64,000 nucleotides of DNA from Macrostomum lignano (taxonomy: Eukaryota). A program made the position numbers and the translations under genes. The stretch covers positions 310,001 to 374,000 of the forward strand of contig NIVC01000829.1 in the NCBI GenBank assembly GCA_002269645.1, read 5' to 3'. Below the pieces are notes generated by a model. It was not told where the DNA came from. It did not search any database and worked only from the letters and a program-made list of their open reading frames with translations. This document shows positions 12,683 through 25,994 of this stretch, one piece after another (positions within the stretch are counted from its first letter, which is position 1; each line of letters opens with the position of its first letter).

Positions 12683-15029
12683 GGACTGTGGAATTAAAAT
12701 TATGAATGAACCTCTTTTAGTTTTAGGATCAAATAAATCAAGGAAATATTAAAAAAAAATTTGGCAATTTTTCTACTATCAAAAGTCTTTTAAGATTCGA
12801 TATTTTTCTTATATTTATTGTCCTGATTTCAAATATACTAAAAATGGTATGTTGGTATCTAGTATAATACTAAATCCTGGGATCCCAGCAAAATGGGAAT
12901 CACTTTAACCCAAAAAATACCATTATAGCCTTCAACTGTCAATTTAGCCAATGAACTGCTAGTAAGTTAAGGCAAATTGCTAAGAAATTGAATACCAAAA
13001 ATGTAAAAGATAGGAGAGCAAGGAAAAAATAAAATAAAAACAATGAAAAACAATGCAAGTTGCAAAAATGGCATGTTGTTTAGGACATAAGTTGCATTCT
13101 TGGTCAAAATAAGGTCTTACCTATGATTATAAAAATGGTTTTCTATTGCTATATTTATATTAATATCTATATACACATTTAGAACTCCCAATTATTTACT
13201 TTAGTAAGACCCACCCAGATAGACCCAATTATTGATATGGCTAATATTACTTATATTAATTGCATATAAATAATTTATAAATGCCAATTGCAATAACTAT
13301 GTATCATATTTATTATTCTATTTGATAGTTTTTAGTTTAAATTTAGTTTAGTTTAGTTTAAAAGTTTAAATAAATACCTAAAGATAAGTTTTATCTTTCT
13401 TTTTAAATGTTAAAGTAATGTTCAGTGGCTTTGCTTTTAAATGCAATAACATTGTTTTATTGTTAGAAGTATAATTAATATGCAATTGCCTGCGGCGCTA
13501 AAATGAGTGCCTGCGGCGCTAATATATTTTTAAATAAAACAATGCAAGTTTTTAAAACAAATAAAAGCTGCATGCATATAAACCTTTTAGAATTGCTACA
13601 GATGTGCATGCAAATGCCAAAGTTTTTGTCAGTGCACATAGAACCCCACACTTAAATATATTATATAGCATGCCAGAAAAAAGTGACTTCCTACACTATA
13701 AAATTCAAGTTTACACTAGAAAAAAATAGATCATTTACTTATGATATACATACTAGACATTAATAAAGTCATTGCAACAATAACTAATAAGGGACCTTTT
13801 TGCATTGCAATAATAAAGGACCTTTTTGTATTACAACAATAAAATACCCAATCTTAATTATGACATTTTAACTATGAGTTAACATAATATTTAGGTAAAT
13901 GACAAGAGTAACTTCAACTATATTATAAGGGCTAAATGCCTTATCAGCTAATTAGTACTACTTTTAAACTTTTTGAATGGGTATTTTTGTAGCTTATCAG
14001 GCTGGGCCCCTTGCCAGTCAGCTAGATTGGCTTGTTTTACATCTAGATAATCAATATAAGGACAAAAGTGGCATAATTTATAGTCTAAAGATTCAAATTC
14101 TATATATGGCACATTATTTTTTGTAAATAAAAGAAAAACTATTAGTTGTGTTTTGCAAAGGCATATATAAGACTAAACAAAATAATCTACAAGAAAAATG
14201 CTAAATGACATATTAGGAATGAAAATCTATTGAATAGTTCAAAAGTTATGTCATCTATAACTCAGAAAATTAGACCTTTTAAGGAAAAGTGATCACAGTG
14301 CCTTATGCACTTGGGCCATACTCTCTTTTATTATAGTTATGCCAGAAATCTCTAGTGTAATTCTTAAAAAAATTTGCCTTGGCATAAATGCTTGGCATAA
14401 GAATTGATTGGCATAATGGCTAGTGTAAAAACAACTACTATAGACAATTGTGGCAGGCAAGTTGCCACGAAGAATTTGTAATAAATTGAACTTATTTTTT
14501 CATTTTAAATTTTGCAAGCAAGTGTTGAAATTTGTGCGTTTTCTATTACCTAGAGTGAGGTCACTCCCGACATTGGTTTTTGCTTGTTCCCCCACGTCAT
14601 GCATTTACTTACCAGATGCGGGACGTGAGCTGTAAATTTTGTTTTCCTATGTGTTTAATTCCACCCCGCGTTATGCCCTTTTGCATGATTCTGCCTCCAT
14701 GTTCATGCCCTGCCGGTGTTCCAATGAGTGAATGGTATTTTTTTTCCTCTTGTATATAGATGCGATGCCACAAGACTTTTTGGCATGCATCTTTTTCTCT
14801 TGCTCTTGTTTCTCTCGTTTGTTGCTCATTTACTTGTTTAGCTCAATTTTCTTATTTAATTAGCCTTCGCGAAATGGCACCCGCAATTAGTATTGTCATA
14901 GAACATTAACCGCATTCTTCTGTAATTGTTTTAATTAGTGACAGCATCAGTAATTTTATTATCCAGCCTGCTAAATAACAACTAAACCTAATAAACCTTA
15001 GTTTGCTAATATTTATTTGTTTGAACCAA

Positions 15030-17045
15030 GGCCATAGTATTTCTTAAGTCATTTGCCCATGGGGCATAAAATAACCTAAAGTTCTCAGCTCAAAGAAAGC
15101 TCCGAGACTTATTCATTCTGTAATACGTAAATTACGGTTGTGGCAGCAACTACCCTATTGAAAGTAATAAGCTTAGCAAATCAACGCATTAATTTTATCA
15201 GCACCAAAAGCTCCGGTATCTACCATTTGAAAAACTGTGCCGCTAACGACTGTTCCGCTACGATTAAAACCACCCTTCCCCTGGACTTGAGAACCCAGCA
15301 GTCGGAATAAAACAGGAGAAATATTTTGTTATGATTTGTCTGCACAATTTTCAGGTTTTATTTCTGTGAACACAATGCCAGCAGCAATTTAAAACATGGA
15401 ATGTTTTAGTTAACTATTGTTTAAACACATGATACACGAACCAGTAGGACAAGATTTTGTCTACTATAAATACAAGGCCAAAATAGAACATTTCTTTAAC
15501 TTTTTTGGGTTCAATATGTGGCAGTTGGGTGCCAATAGTGAAACTTGATTAACAATTTACTCTAGTAACTTTGAAATCGCATGCACAAGAAACATTAATT
15601 TTGTGTCCACTCAGTAAATTTTGGCATTCAATTTCCGTTAAGTAGACATCCAGCTACTGTATGTGGCTTCCATCTTTTGGACAGTGCGTGTTCCCTTTCG
15701 TTGGATTTTTGTTATAATTATTCTTTCCTCATTGCGACAAAGCTGTCCACCCAATGTATCCAAGCATTGTATTTTAATCCAACGGCCAGTCCAGTGCCTC
15801 CTCCAATTAATGTTCATGCTATTTTCTTACTTAATCTGCTCATGACGAATTGTCTCAAGTACCTTTTCCTACTTCCGTTTATTATTGTCTCCTACTTTTC
15901 TAAAGTTAGGCGTACCAGTTTTCTTTATCCTAAGATTATTTAGTGCACTAGCACCTGTGAATTCCATCCTTGTTTCAAATATTAAGAAAAACTAAGCTAT
16001 AAGCCTGTTTCATTAATAATAAGACACCAAATAAACATTTAATCCAATCCATATTTATTCCATTAACATAAGCCATAGTATTTATTGAGTCATTTGCCCG
16101 TGGGCTATAAAATAACCAAAAGTCCTCATCTCAAAGAAAGCTCTGGGATTTATTTGTTCCGTAATACGTAAATTATGGTGGTGGCAGCTCTACCCTACTG
16201 ACAGTAACCCCTATTGGAATAAATGTTAAAAACCCGCGGACGCGCGCTTTAGAAGAGTCAAACTATTTTACCACACTTTAGGATTATTAGAGATGTTCCG
16301 AAAGATCTGCAGTTTTGTCGAAATCAAAATTCGCTAACTTTCCAAAATCAAAATTGAAATTTCCTGAAATCATAATTTAGAAAAACAAAGTTTAGTATGA
16401 TCAACATTCACTTTTCTACTTTCAATTTACTGCTTAAGCAAGAAGTAATACATGTATATGTAGTAGAAAGTAGTTTATTTTTAGCGACTTTTTAGACACT
16501 ACCAAAATTTTCACTTTTTAAATTTTTTTTCGAAATTGAAATTTGCTCTAAAAAATTTCAAATTTTGGAAAATTGAAATTGAATTTTTTGGAATATCTCT
16601 AAGCTTAATAAATTACAAGTGTATAAGCCCCTTCAACAGAGGTATTATACCCATTTCCATGTATATGTATTTGCTAGAGCAGCAGCCAGTAAGAAAGGGC
16701 AGCGCATGCGCAGGCGATGCGCCTGTGCGCGCGCTGCGCTTTAGAAAAATTTCAAAAGTGCGCTGGACACTGTCCGCGGTTTTACAACTTTTTCCTATAG
16801 GGACAGTAACGAGTTCAACACATTGACACATTAATTTACGGAGTCAGAATCTCTGGTGTCTATAACTGAACGACCATGCCGCTCTATGACCACTCCGATA
16901 CGATTACGACTACCCTCCCCCTGGACTTGAGAACCCGACAGTCGGAGTAAAAGGAAAAGTTTTCCTGTTAAGATTTGTCTACGCAATTTTTCTAGTTTTA
17001 TTCGTGCAAACTCAACATTAGTGGCAATTCAAACGTGGAATCCAC
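15030..17045. repeat. Two copies of an unclassified interspersed repeat (about 15030-15410; about 16070-16208 plus 16803-17045)
   Basis: Shared blocks CCATAGTATTT..GTCATTTGCCC..CTCAAAGAAAGCTC..TAATACGTAAATTA and CCCCTGGACTTGAGAACCC..CAGTCGGA; the second copy is split by a MITE. Confidence 0.8.
16209..16802. mobile_element. 594-bp MITE with about 30-bp imperfect TIRs and an 8-bp TSD
   Basis: TIRs CCCTAT(T/A)GGAA..AAAA(C)CCGCGGAC; TSD ACAGTAAC at 16201-16208 and 16803-16810. Confidence 0.85.
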
Positions 17046-17858
17046 CCCACCTCACTAGTGTTTTCAAAACTGAGAATTTCCAAGAAAATTTTCTCCACCC
17101 CCACCTAAAATACTCAGTAACCTAGAAATTAAGATTTCTCTGGTTTTCTGACTTGGTAATTTAGGCAAGATTGCAAGTGTTAGTATGAAATACCATGTTG
17201 GATAGAAAGGGCGTTTTTCCAGTGCAGTTAAGTAGGGATTGTCGAACAAGCATTTTGCTTAATAAAAGAAAGGGTGGATTGCTCAGTAGAAAAGGAGGAT
17301 TACTAAGAAATAGATTCAGGCTGTTGCAGCTAAGCATGATGCAGTTTTAAGTTGTCAAAGACAGTACTAAAAGCCAGAAACCCCTCAGTCTTGGAACACC
17401 TTGTTTGGACTATATAGTTTAAGAGCTTAGTAGTAGTCAGCAGTGTTTTGTCACTTGGGCACTGAAGCTACCCAGGGTAATTTGTATTGACGATAGTCCA
17501 TAATATATAATACATATAGTTTTAAAAGTAGGATTCTTAGAAATAATAGGTTAGTACAAATTAGTAAAATCTTAAAAGAGAGAAATACATCTCTATAACA
17601 ACTTAGTGACAAATCAGTGGGATATTATAAAATAATGAAGGGGTCTAGAAGCTAGAACATTTATTAAAATATATAAATGTATAATATAGGCCTAACATTA
17701 AGTCTAGAAATAGGCCCTACCTATATATAAATCTATAGGCCTATAATATATACATGTGAAGTTATAATTAATGTTTTGACTGGCACCTTTTTGACTAGGC
17801 CTATTGCCTATGATGATGATGTTGCCCTTTTAATTAGTTCCCAGCCTAACTGTACTGC

Positions 17859-18410
17859 CACAGCCAGGAAGACGGTAGAATCCTCGGAATTTTCCGGCGC
17901 AAATCAGCAATTTGCCGGCGCACGGCGCACACTTCACTGCGCCGCGCGCATGGGCTCGGCGCATCGGCGCATGGCTCGGTGCATCGGTGCATGGCTCGGC
18001 GCATGGCGCACAAGGTACGTCAGTGTACGTGACAATATAATAATGATATTGTATATTAAATGTCAATCAATCAATAAAATAAACGATAGTCGATACGATA
18101 GTCGTTATTTCCAATGTTGTTTCTATTTCAAATTTCATTAATCGACTTAACAAACTTAACAAATTTGCGCCTTTCGCGGCTTTTGTTGCGTCTTTTTGCT
18201 TATATTTTGCAAATAGAAGCTATGATTGAACTGCTTGAACTTCCATTGGTATTGATTCAATTTAGATACTTAATACTTGATGGTGCTTTTTTAAGTGTAT
18301 TTTTCTCAGCGCATGGCGCACAAGTAATTTTTTTTCTCGGCGCACGCGGCGCACAACAAAAATTTTGATGGATGTTATTCCGGCGCACACGCTGCACCTT
18401 CCTGACCATG
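17859..18410. mobile_element. Old MITE-like element with GGCGCA sub-terminal repeats
   Basis: Imperfect termini CACAGCCAGGAAG / CTTCCTGACCATG; internal (T/C)GGCGCA repeats; no TSD found. Confidence 0.45.
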
Positions 18411-21400
18411 GGCTACCTAGAGTCTAGAGACCCTTTAATTTCTAGACTTTTCCTTGCCATTGCCAGGATTGGAATGGCAGGAGTCATAGATATGAAGTTA
18501 GGCCTAGGCCATATACCCTATACAACGACGGTGTGCGTGTAGGATAGGGCCTAGATAGGGCTAGCCTGGTAGACCGTACCGTACACCATCAGCCATCACC
18601 AAACCAAAATCGAATCGAAAGGCTTGATCGATCATTTTTTCTTCGATAAATTATAAATAAGTTGAACTCAAGTATATTAAAGTTTTAACAAAAAGTAAAT
18701 CAACGACGATAATTATAGCGAACACAATAAACTTAATCTCAGTAAACTAGAATTAAAAATAAGAATTAATGCTATTTTTATGTATATGTAAAGTATTTTT
18801 ATGTATCAATTAAATCTCCGCACTTTTTATGATGTGTCCGGCATTCTTGAATATTATTTAGTTAGTATTTATTCAGTAGTGAGTTTCTATTTCCGCGATT
18901 CTTACTGTACGTACTTTACTACTATTGTTTTACTGTATGCTAATTCCTATCGTATTTCAAACGCGAATGCGCTGTGTTTTGGTGTTAGGTCTCCTGCGCG
19001 CCGTATTAGTTGTAGTTGTAGGGTTGCATAGCCGTTCCAGAGTTCCAGTCGATCCAGTTTTAATTCAATAAAAGATATAGACATTATTTAGAATATATAT
19101 TAATTACCTTGACTACATAGATTGTTCAGATATAAATACAAATATATAAATGAAATGAATTGAAGCGCATTGCATCCACAAGCCAAGAACGCATTCGGCA
19201 TCCGTTTATTCATCTGTCATCACAACAAAAATAAGGCGATTCTTTGAATTCTTGGACTTCAAGAAACTTATTTTACATATATGTAAATCACATTTATAAA
19301 TCACATGGATGTGTAAATCAACTCTGCACCCAAAAAATACAAGTGAAAAGCAACGTGGGTCAGGTTCTGCTCGATATGTCACGGTGGCGCTGAGAGCAAA
19401 AGCGATTTTGATTATCAAGTTTCATTCCGTCGAGTCCACACTGCATTGTACAAGAGATGCTCATGGATTACGTTTCCGGGCTAGAAAGCCTGCCATTTCG
19501 GCAATATTTTCTTGAAACAGACAAATAACGTACAAACTGTATTTAGTCAACTTTTGTAACATTTCAGTTTGTCAGTAAAAAGTACAATCATTCGGATAAC
19601 CTTCATATCAAAATCTCACCGACCACACAACGCGCCGTACGCGTATCATACTCAGTCACAAAATACGATTTTGAACTGCCTGCAGCTTCAAAAGGCTGGC
19701 TGCTGTCGCGCTCCACACAAATTCGCGTTCAGAGAGCGATATGCACTTTCAGTTAGAGCTCCTCTCAATTAATTTGTCAAAACCAGCAGCCTTTCCAAAA
19801 ACTGCATGGCATCATCAACTGACGCAGAGACTTGTTAATTGCTGCACGTCTACGACTTCTTTACGCATCGGCATCTACTTCGATCATCGCGCCAAACAGA
19901 TCATGAAAGTCAGCGATGGCCAGATCAGGGCTGCATATACATGTATGCGCTAGAAGACATGTTGATTCTTAACAGATCTTATCTATCTTCTCGTCGGGTT
20001 GCTGCGCAAGAACTTTCAAGAACGTTCAAGATCTTCGCTATGATTAATACTTAGGTAAACTTACCAGATCTGGGCGACTTGCTAGCGTACTAGATCAATT
20101 AACGTTTACATGTATATCTTTTTATAGCTTCGAATCGAATATTCTATTAAATTTATTGTCCCATTTTGCCATAAAATAAAAAATAACGAAGCTAGAACAC
20201 TCTTGGCCAAATGAATGACAAAACAAATGTACCTCCCTTCAATTAGAAGATCCTGCAAGAACCGAGCAGATTGAGAAGATCTGCTAAGAATGGCACAGAG
20301 CAGAGACAAGGATGCTAAGTTTGAGAAACAGAATGTCCTCTGGGGAAGTGGCGCTAGCTGGCTCTCCTTTGATCCGAACTCCGATTAGTTGATAGTCATT
20401 AGTTGTAGCAATTGCCACGAATTTGAGAAGCGAATTATTTTCTAATGGTGAAAACTCAAATGAATAAATTTTGCGCAGATGCCATGTCGTTTGCGCCTCT
20501 GCGCAGACGACATGGTTTGCAAATCGTGGTCGCCGACTTTGAAAAAGATCGCTTGGATGGACCAGCTGGACGGCGAAGCGATAAAAGTACCGCGTTAGCC
20601 AACCCCGTCACTGATCTCGATACACTATACCACCTGATACTGAGCTGATGGGCCGTCGCCTCATCAGACCATTTTTGGCATGCGATCAATGGGGGGTACG
20701 TCACTGAGCCACAGATCCGATAACGGACGTCGGGGGAAACATACGACCGCTGGGTGTCGATAAAAATTTTAGCATTAGTAAAACTGTACCTGCAATTTTG
20801 TAGTGCCTCAGAGCTAAAATGCCAAAAATTATATGTTTTCATGGAAATACTTTTTTAATTCTGTCAATTTAAATCGACTCAGGTACACAGATAGAATAAA
20901 AAGCGGGCGTGCCTCTTAGGCCTAGATAGATATAGATTTGACGATGAGTCATTTCTCTAAAAAATCCGGAAAACCGCTACAAAATTACGTATAAGTTCCT
21001 ACACGTACAATTGAAATTTATTTTAAAACAGACGCTAAAGCGTCACACGCTATAATTAAAATCCTTGTGCTTTTAGAACGAAACAATTTTTTTAATACTC
21101 GTAGTTTTTTTATCTTTTTAAGAATTACGAGTTGTCACCAGATTTAAAAATAAACTTTATTCACTTTTCGCCTGTAAAAAGTTATATATTTAAATTGGTG
21201 TAGGTTGCCTTGCCTTCCCGCAGTGGTCAGGCTGTGGTGCAGAATTAGTCTAAAACAAATCAACGATGATTGCTCATTTAAGGCGGTAATTCACTCCATA
21301 CTATAGCAATCCCGCCCGTCTCGTGACACTACGGAATTGACGCTATAGCGTAATGGCTATAAAAAACATATTAAAAATGCTAAAAAAAGCAACTACACAT

Positions 21401-21767
21401 GATCTACAAACTCGCATGCAGCGTTAGGTGTACAGTCATGGGACGATTTTATATTGCTCTATTGTAAATGCGCCCATTGTTTACTTTTTTAGTAACGTAC
21501 GTCACCACTAACACAGTGTGCGCTGGCTTGTGCGTCAGCTGAAACACTATATAAACAGCTGCAGTTATTGCGAATGATAAAAAGGAAGAGAAGACAGGAA
21601 AGAAAGACAGAAGAAAAGCTAAGCACAGAATTTCAGCTTTTGAATTACACATCTAGCCCGCTATAAAACGCAGGTCTTTCTGTCCACAGCCGAGGGCAAG
21701 TGGATAATCGTCAAGAGAGAATTTGCAATTGCAACTTTCGGCTAGCAGCATTCAAGACCCAACAAAA

Positions 21768-24700
21768 ATGGAGTCGCAGAAGAGGGCGGCTCTGCTAGCG
21801 CTGAAAGGAAGCGCCATTTCTGACGTTGACGTGCGAGACATCGAGGACGAGTTGATTAGCAAAGGAGTGCTCAGCGTCGCAGATAAGGAGCGAATTCATG
21901 CAGCGAAGTCCACCGGTCAGCAGACTAACACTCTAGTTGACATTATCGTGGAAAGGAATAGACCACACTCGTTCGAAATATTTCTTGACAGCATCAAAGC
22001 CCCATATGAGCACGTATGGCAGAAGCTTGTCGAAGCTAAGAGCAGTCCGCAGACAGCACTAAACTCAGACCAGTGCGAAGCGATCTTCATCGAAGGCGGC
22101 ATCCCAGTCCTGCCTCAAGGAAACGTTGAATTGGAATTTGTTGTCCAGCTCAAGGATCACCTGGTCAAACTGTCGCAAAGGCGAGACGGCGGCTGGATCG
22201 TCATCTGGGGCCAGGCCGGCTCTGGCAAGTCGATCATGGCCGCTCAGGCCGTCCGAGGCTTCTGCAGTTCTCAGAGACGGATCGCCGCCTACTTCTACAA
22301 CAAAGTGTTCTGGGTGCACATTGGTAAGCTGTCAAACAATGACAAAGAGCGAGATGCCCAGCTGCTGTTAAAGATGCAAAATTTTTGCAAGCGCCTCGAT
22401 AGTAGCAGCAGATTTCAACCGCCAGTTGATCTTGAAGCGGCTCGAGACATGCTGCGATCTACTCTGATCAAGAACTATCCAATCTGCCTGATTGTTCTCG
22501 ACGATGTCTGGGATCCCATGGTACTAAAGTTCTTCAACGTACAGGCGCGAATTCTCATCACTAGCAGGTCTTCGGACATTCTCAGCAGAGTACAGCGCGG
22601 TGAGCACGGCCGAACCGAGACCATTCACGTGGATAGAGGATTCACGGAGAGTTCTAGCATCAGCCTACTCAACCAAATGGTTCCTCAAGAGGGAGAACGG
22701 CCCAACAGCGAAAAAACGAGCTGCTTCAAGCGCATTCACGAGGGTTGCAATGGAAGCCCTTTCGTAGTTTCCATTTTTGGCAGCCTGCTCTCTCAGAGCA
22801 GCATGTCCAGGTTTGAGTACTTCTTTAAAAAGTACAAAAACACCGCATTCAGCTCCGACAACGTGGAGGCCGGGGACTATCACTACGAGAACATCAGCGA
22901 TGCCATCATGGTCAGCGTAGAGGATCTACAAGAAGACGACAAGAGTTTGTATCTGCGACTGTCGATCTTCATGAGCAACAGTCTTCTCTCGCCGGCGTTC
23001 CTATCCGCCTACTGCTGGACTGACCTAGATGAGGAGGAAGCTCGCGAGACTTTGGAGAAGTTCGTTCGCCGATCCATTGCTACCGAAGAGAAGATCAAGG
23101 CGGACATGCAGACTTTCACTCTGCATGACATCATTGTGTCCGGTTTGCGATCAAAGTTCCAAAAGGAGACAGCTCAATACAATAGCGAGTTCGTTAAGAA
23201 CGTCCTGCAGAGTAGAGATGACTGCTCCAGCTGGCATGACATGGAAGACGACTGCAACTACTTGGCCGAGAATTTTGTGTACCATCTGGTCAGTGATAGT
23301 GATGTGCCGATTGATGATAAAAAGGACCTGCTGCTTGACTTTGACTTCCTGTCCTGGCTTTGCTGTAGCATTGGTCCTGACAGTCTAGCATTTTGCTATC
23401 GATTCGCGCTAAAGGCGCTTAAACTGGGCGACACTTGGCAAGAAATGCATAAGTTCATCCGTTTGCCAGTCTTTCGAATCCAGAGCCTCGGCCTTGCCGG
23501 CGGTCAGTCAACATCAACATCTTCTTTGGTTCAGCTCGCGCTGAGCTTCGCCGAGGGTGACAGTCTGCAGCAGCATGTCAAGGAATGGGTCTTCCAGCAC
23601 GAGCATAGTGCCTGCTTCTTCCACTGGATGAATAAGGCGCAAACGGAAGAGCAGATCATGGATACTCTAGAGCTCGGCTGCAACGTCACGTCTTACACCT
23701 TAAACGACGAATTAACTCACGTCGCTGTTGTAAGTGATTGCTCAGTCGTTATCAAAGATTTAAACTCGAGAAGTACCCTGTACCGCCGCCAGGACAAGGA
23801 GTTCGACAATGACCCAGTAGTGACCGCCTTCTTTGGGTCTGACAAAGAATCAATTTGGCTACTCACGGCGTCGAGACTAATAAGATACCGGCTCCCGGAA
23901 TTCGCTCTTGAAACCAATAGTTTGATGTCGCCAGCGTTGCAAGGTCACAACAAGCGCTACACTATGCTTTTTCCTATTGAACGACCACGCACTAGAACGT
24001 ACAGCAGCGAGAAGGAAGAAGAAAGGGCGCCGGCGCAACTAGTCTGGCAAGACGAGAAACGACCAGAGGACGAATTTACGGCAATGTGTTTTACCGACGA
24101 TCAGAAACTTATTGTTGGTAGCCAGAACGGAAGAATTTACGAGTTGACTGTCACAAGTACATTTATTAATTGTTGCTATGACTACCAGATCGACATGCAA
24201 GCCACGGATGAGTTGTGCGTAAGACACATTGCTAGTAGAGATTCTTCTATCGCAGTCAGCGGACCGGACTACTGCGTGTACGTATACGAAACAAGGCCAA
24301 ATGACAACGTGACGTCGTCCAGTGTTCGAAAGTACACCGGCTTCCAGGAACTGCGCGAGCCACCGATCCAGTCTGTGCTAGGCGTGCTAGGCCAGTTCAA
24401 ATGGATCATTTCGATCTCAAAGCACGAAATCCGTCTATGGGACTCTTTTACGCTAGACACTTTACTGACTGAGCAGTGCCAGAATTATACCGAGTTCACA
24501 AGTCTCGCATTGTCCAAGGATGGCGCTCATCTGGCAGTGAGCACAAGCCGGGCTCATATTTACCTCTACCGAGTGGCCACTGACGCTTCTGTGATTGGTA
24601 GCGGTGCCACGCTAGAGCTGGTCGACGAACTCAATGGAACAGGCACTAGGTCTCGCTGTCTGACGTTCCAATCCAAGTCTCTATTTTCTCTGTCGGAGGT

Positions 24701-25994
24701 TTCAAGCGAAAGTGTCTTAACTAAATGGATCGTCCGCGTTACCTCTTCGTCGCCCTGCTTTCAACGAAAAGTGAATAGGCAAAGCTCCATTTTCTTTGGG
24801 AACGAGTGCTGCACTCTGCGATTGCGCACCGTCTATGACGCCGTTTTCACACCGAACAATCGGATGGTGATGGCGTGCCAATCAGTGCGCAGGTCTCTGC
24901 TGATTCTGGAGTCGACAGAAAATGGAAACCTTAGACACATCGGAAAGTACAAGGGCGAGGGCTTCCAGCTAGGCAAGGTCTCGGCAGTCTGCATGGCTGC
25001 GGGCGGTAAGTCGGCAGTGTATGCACTACCAAACGGCGTGGTAAAAGCAACAGAAGCCGAAGATGGTAGCTGGCAATTTACGTATAAAGTTGAACCGATC
25101 TGGATCCGCGATCTCGTGATGCTTCCTAGCAACCGCGGGTTCATTGGGTCGAACAGATGGAATCAGTTGGTAGTTTACGATGCCAATTTCCAACGCGTAA
25201 AAACCGAGAGTATCTTTCACACGCATCTCCTACCGCTTCGTATGCCTCAAGCCATCGATAGCCACAAAGAAGCCAGGGCGGTAGTGCTAACTGAGTCTGA
25301 TTGGAACTTCGTTACGGAATCGCTGGATATCATCGCCAACAGAAGCATCGCTGAGGTGATCCAAGAGGATGCTACATTTCTGGTTAGTTTTGATGTCAGC
25401 GACGATGGTCGCTTTGGTGCCGGCGGCCTCAGCAATGGACGAATGGTGCTGTGGAACATTACAACTGGAGAGGCAATCGTGGTAAACTCGCGCAGTGTTC
25501 AGCCATTGCGTTGCGTCAAATTCGCGCCGAGGAGTCACCTGCTGGCTGGCGCCTACGATGACGGTCGTTTCTCCCTGTGGCACCTGCCTACCATGGAGGT
25601 GAGAAATATTCAAACACTGCTCGATTGTCATCCGGTGCCAACAACGCTTCAAGCAACTGGGGCCGATTGCGTCAGCGAGTCGAGTGTCAGCCTGGCCTGG
25701 TCAGTCAACTTCGGTTTCGTGAGCGACGGTAACACTCGCTACCGACTAGTGATGGCCTGCGATCGCTGCGTGTGGATTCTATGCTGCATGACTGATCAGG
25801 ACTTCATCAAGCACGACCAGTTGGACCCAGCTCGCATCAGCCTGGTGCCACTCTACAGCCGACAGGGCGTCAACAAGACGGTGGTCCTCGGTTTGGACGG
25901 CGAGGACCTGCTGTACGTTGACAATTCCCACACCGTGTTCTGGCTTCGATCGATGAACAGTCTGCATGGACAGAGACGGTGCAGTGCACCTTGA
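21768..25994 (+). CDS. APAF1: Apaf-1-like apoptosome protein (CARD, NB-ARC, WD40), single coding exon, about 1408 aa
   Basis: N-terminal CARD-like helices, Walker A GQAGSGKS, Walker B LIVLDDVWD, ILITSR, GSPF (GxP), LHD winged-helix motif, C-terminal WD repeats. ATG at 21768 follows AAAAA. Confidence 0.9.
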   Translation: MESQKRAALLALKGSAISDVDVRDIEDELISKGVLSVADKERIHAAKSTGQQTNTLVDIIVERNRPHSFEIFLDSIKAPYEHVWQKLVEAKSSPQTALNSDQCEAIFIEGGIPVLPQGNVELEFVVQLKDHLVKLSQRRDGGWIVIWGQAGSGKSIMAAQAVRGFCSSQRRIAAYFYNKVFWVHIGKLSNNDKERDAQLLLKMQNFCKRLDSSSRFQPPVDLEAARDMLRSTLIKNYPICLIVLDDVWDPMVLKFFNVQARILITSRSSDILSRVQRGEHGRTETIHVDRGFTESSSISLLNQMVPQEGERPNSEKTSCFKRIHEGCNGSPFVVSIFGSLLSQSSMSRFEYFFKKYKNTAFSSDNVEAGDYHYENISDAIMVSVEDLQEDDKSLYLRLSIFMSNSLLSPAFLSAYCWTDLDEEEARETLEKFVRRSIATEEKIKADMQTFTLHDIIVSGLRSKFQKETAQYNSEFVKNVLQSRDDCSSWHDMEDDCNYLAENFVYHLVSDSDVPIDDKKDLLLDFDFLSWLCCSIGPDSLAFCYRFALKALKLGDTWQEMHKFIRLPVFRIQSLGLAGGQSTSTSSLVQLALSFAEGDSLQQHVKEWVFQHEHSACFFHWMNKAQTEEQIMDTLELGCNVTSYTLNDELTHVAVVSDCSVVIKDLNSRSTLYRRQDKEFDNDPVVTAFFGSDKESIWLLTASRLIRYRLPEFALETNSLMSPALQGHNKRYTMLFPIERPRTRTYSSEKEEERAPAQLVWQDEKRPEDEFTAMCFTDDQKLIVGSQNGRIYELTVTSTFINCCYDYQIDMQATDELCVRHIASRDSSIAVSGPDYCVYVYETRPNDNVTSSSVRKYTGFQELREPPIQSVLGVLGQFKWIISISKHEIRLWDSFTLDTLLTEQCQNYTEFTSLALSKDGAHLAVSTSRAHIYLYRVATDASVIGSGATLELVDELNGTGTRSRCLTFQSKSLFSLSEVSSESVLTKWIVRVTSSSPCFQRKVNRQSSIFFGNECCTLRLRTVYDAVFTPNNRMVMACQSVRRSLLILESTENGNLRHIGKYKGEGFQLGKVSAVCMAAGGKSAVYALPNGVVKATEAEDGSWQFTYKVEPIWIRDLVMLPSNRGFIGSNRWNQLVVYDANFQRVKTESIFHTHLLPLRMPQAIDSHKEARAVVLTESDWNFVTESLDIIANRSIAEVIQEDATFLVSFDVSDDGRFGAGGLSNGRMVLWNITTGEAIVVNSRSVQPLRCVKFAPRSHLLAGAYDDGRFSLWHLPTMEVRNIQTLLDCHPVPTTLQATGADCVSESSVSLAWSVNFGFVSDGNTRYRLVMACDRCVWILCCMTDQDFIKHDQLDPARISLVPLYSRQGVNKTVVLGLDGEDLLYVDNSHTVFWLRSMNSLHGQRRCSAP

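Noticed and set aside
20445-20842. Possible MULE transposase relic (VADFEK, LYHLILS*W)
   Set aside because: Only short motif resemblance, no convincing DDE order or TIRs
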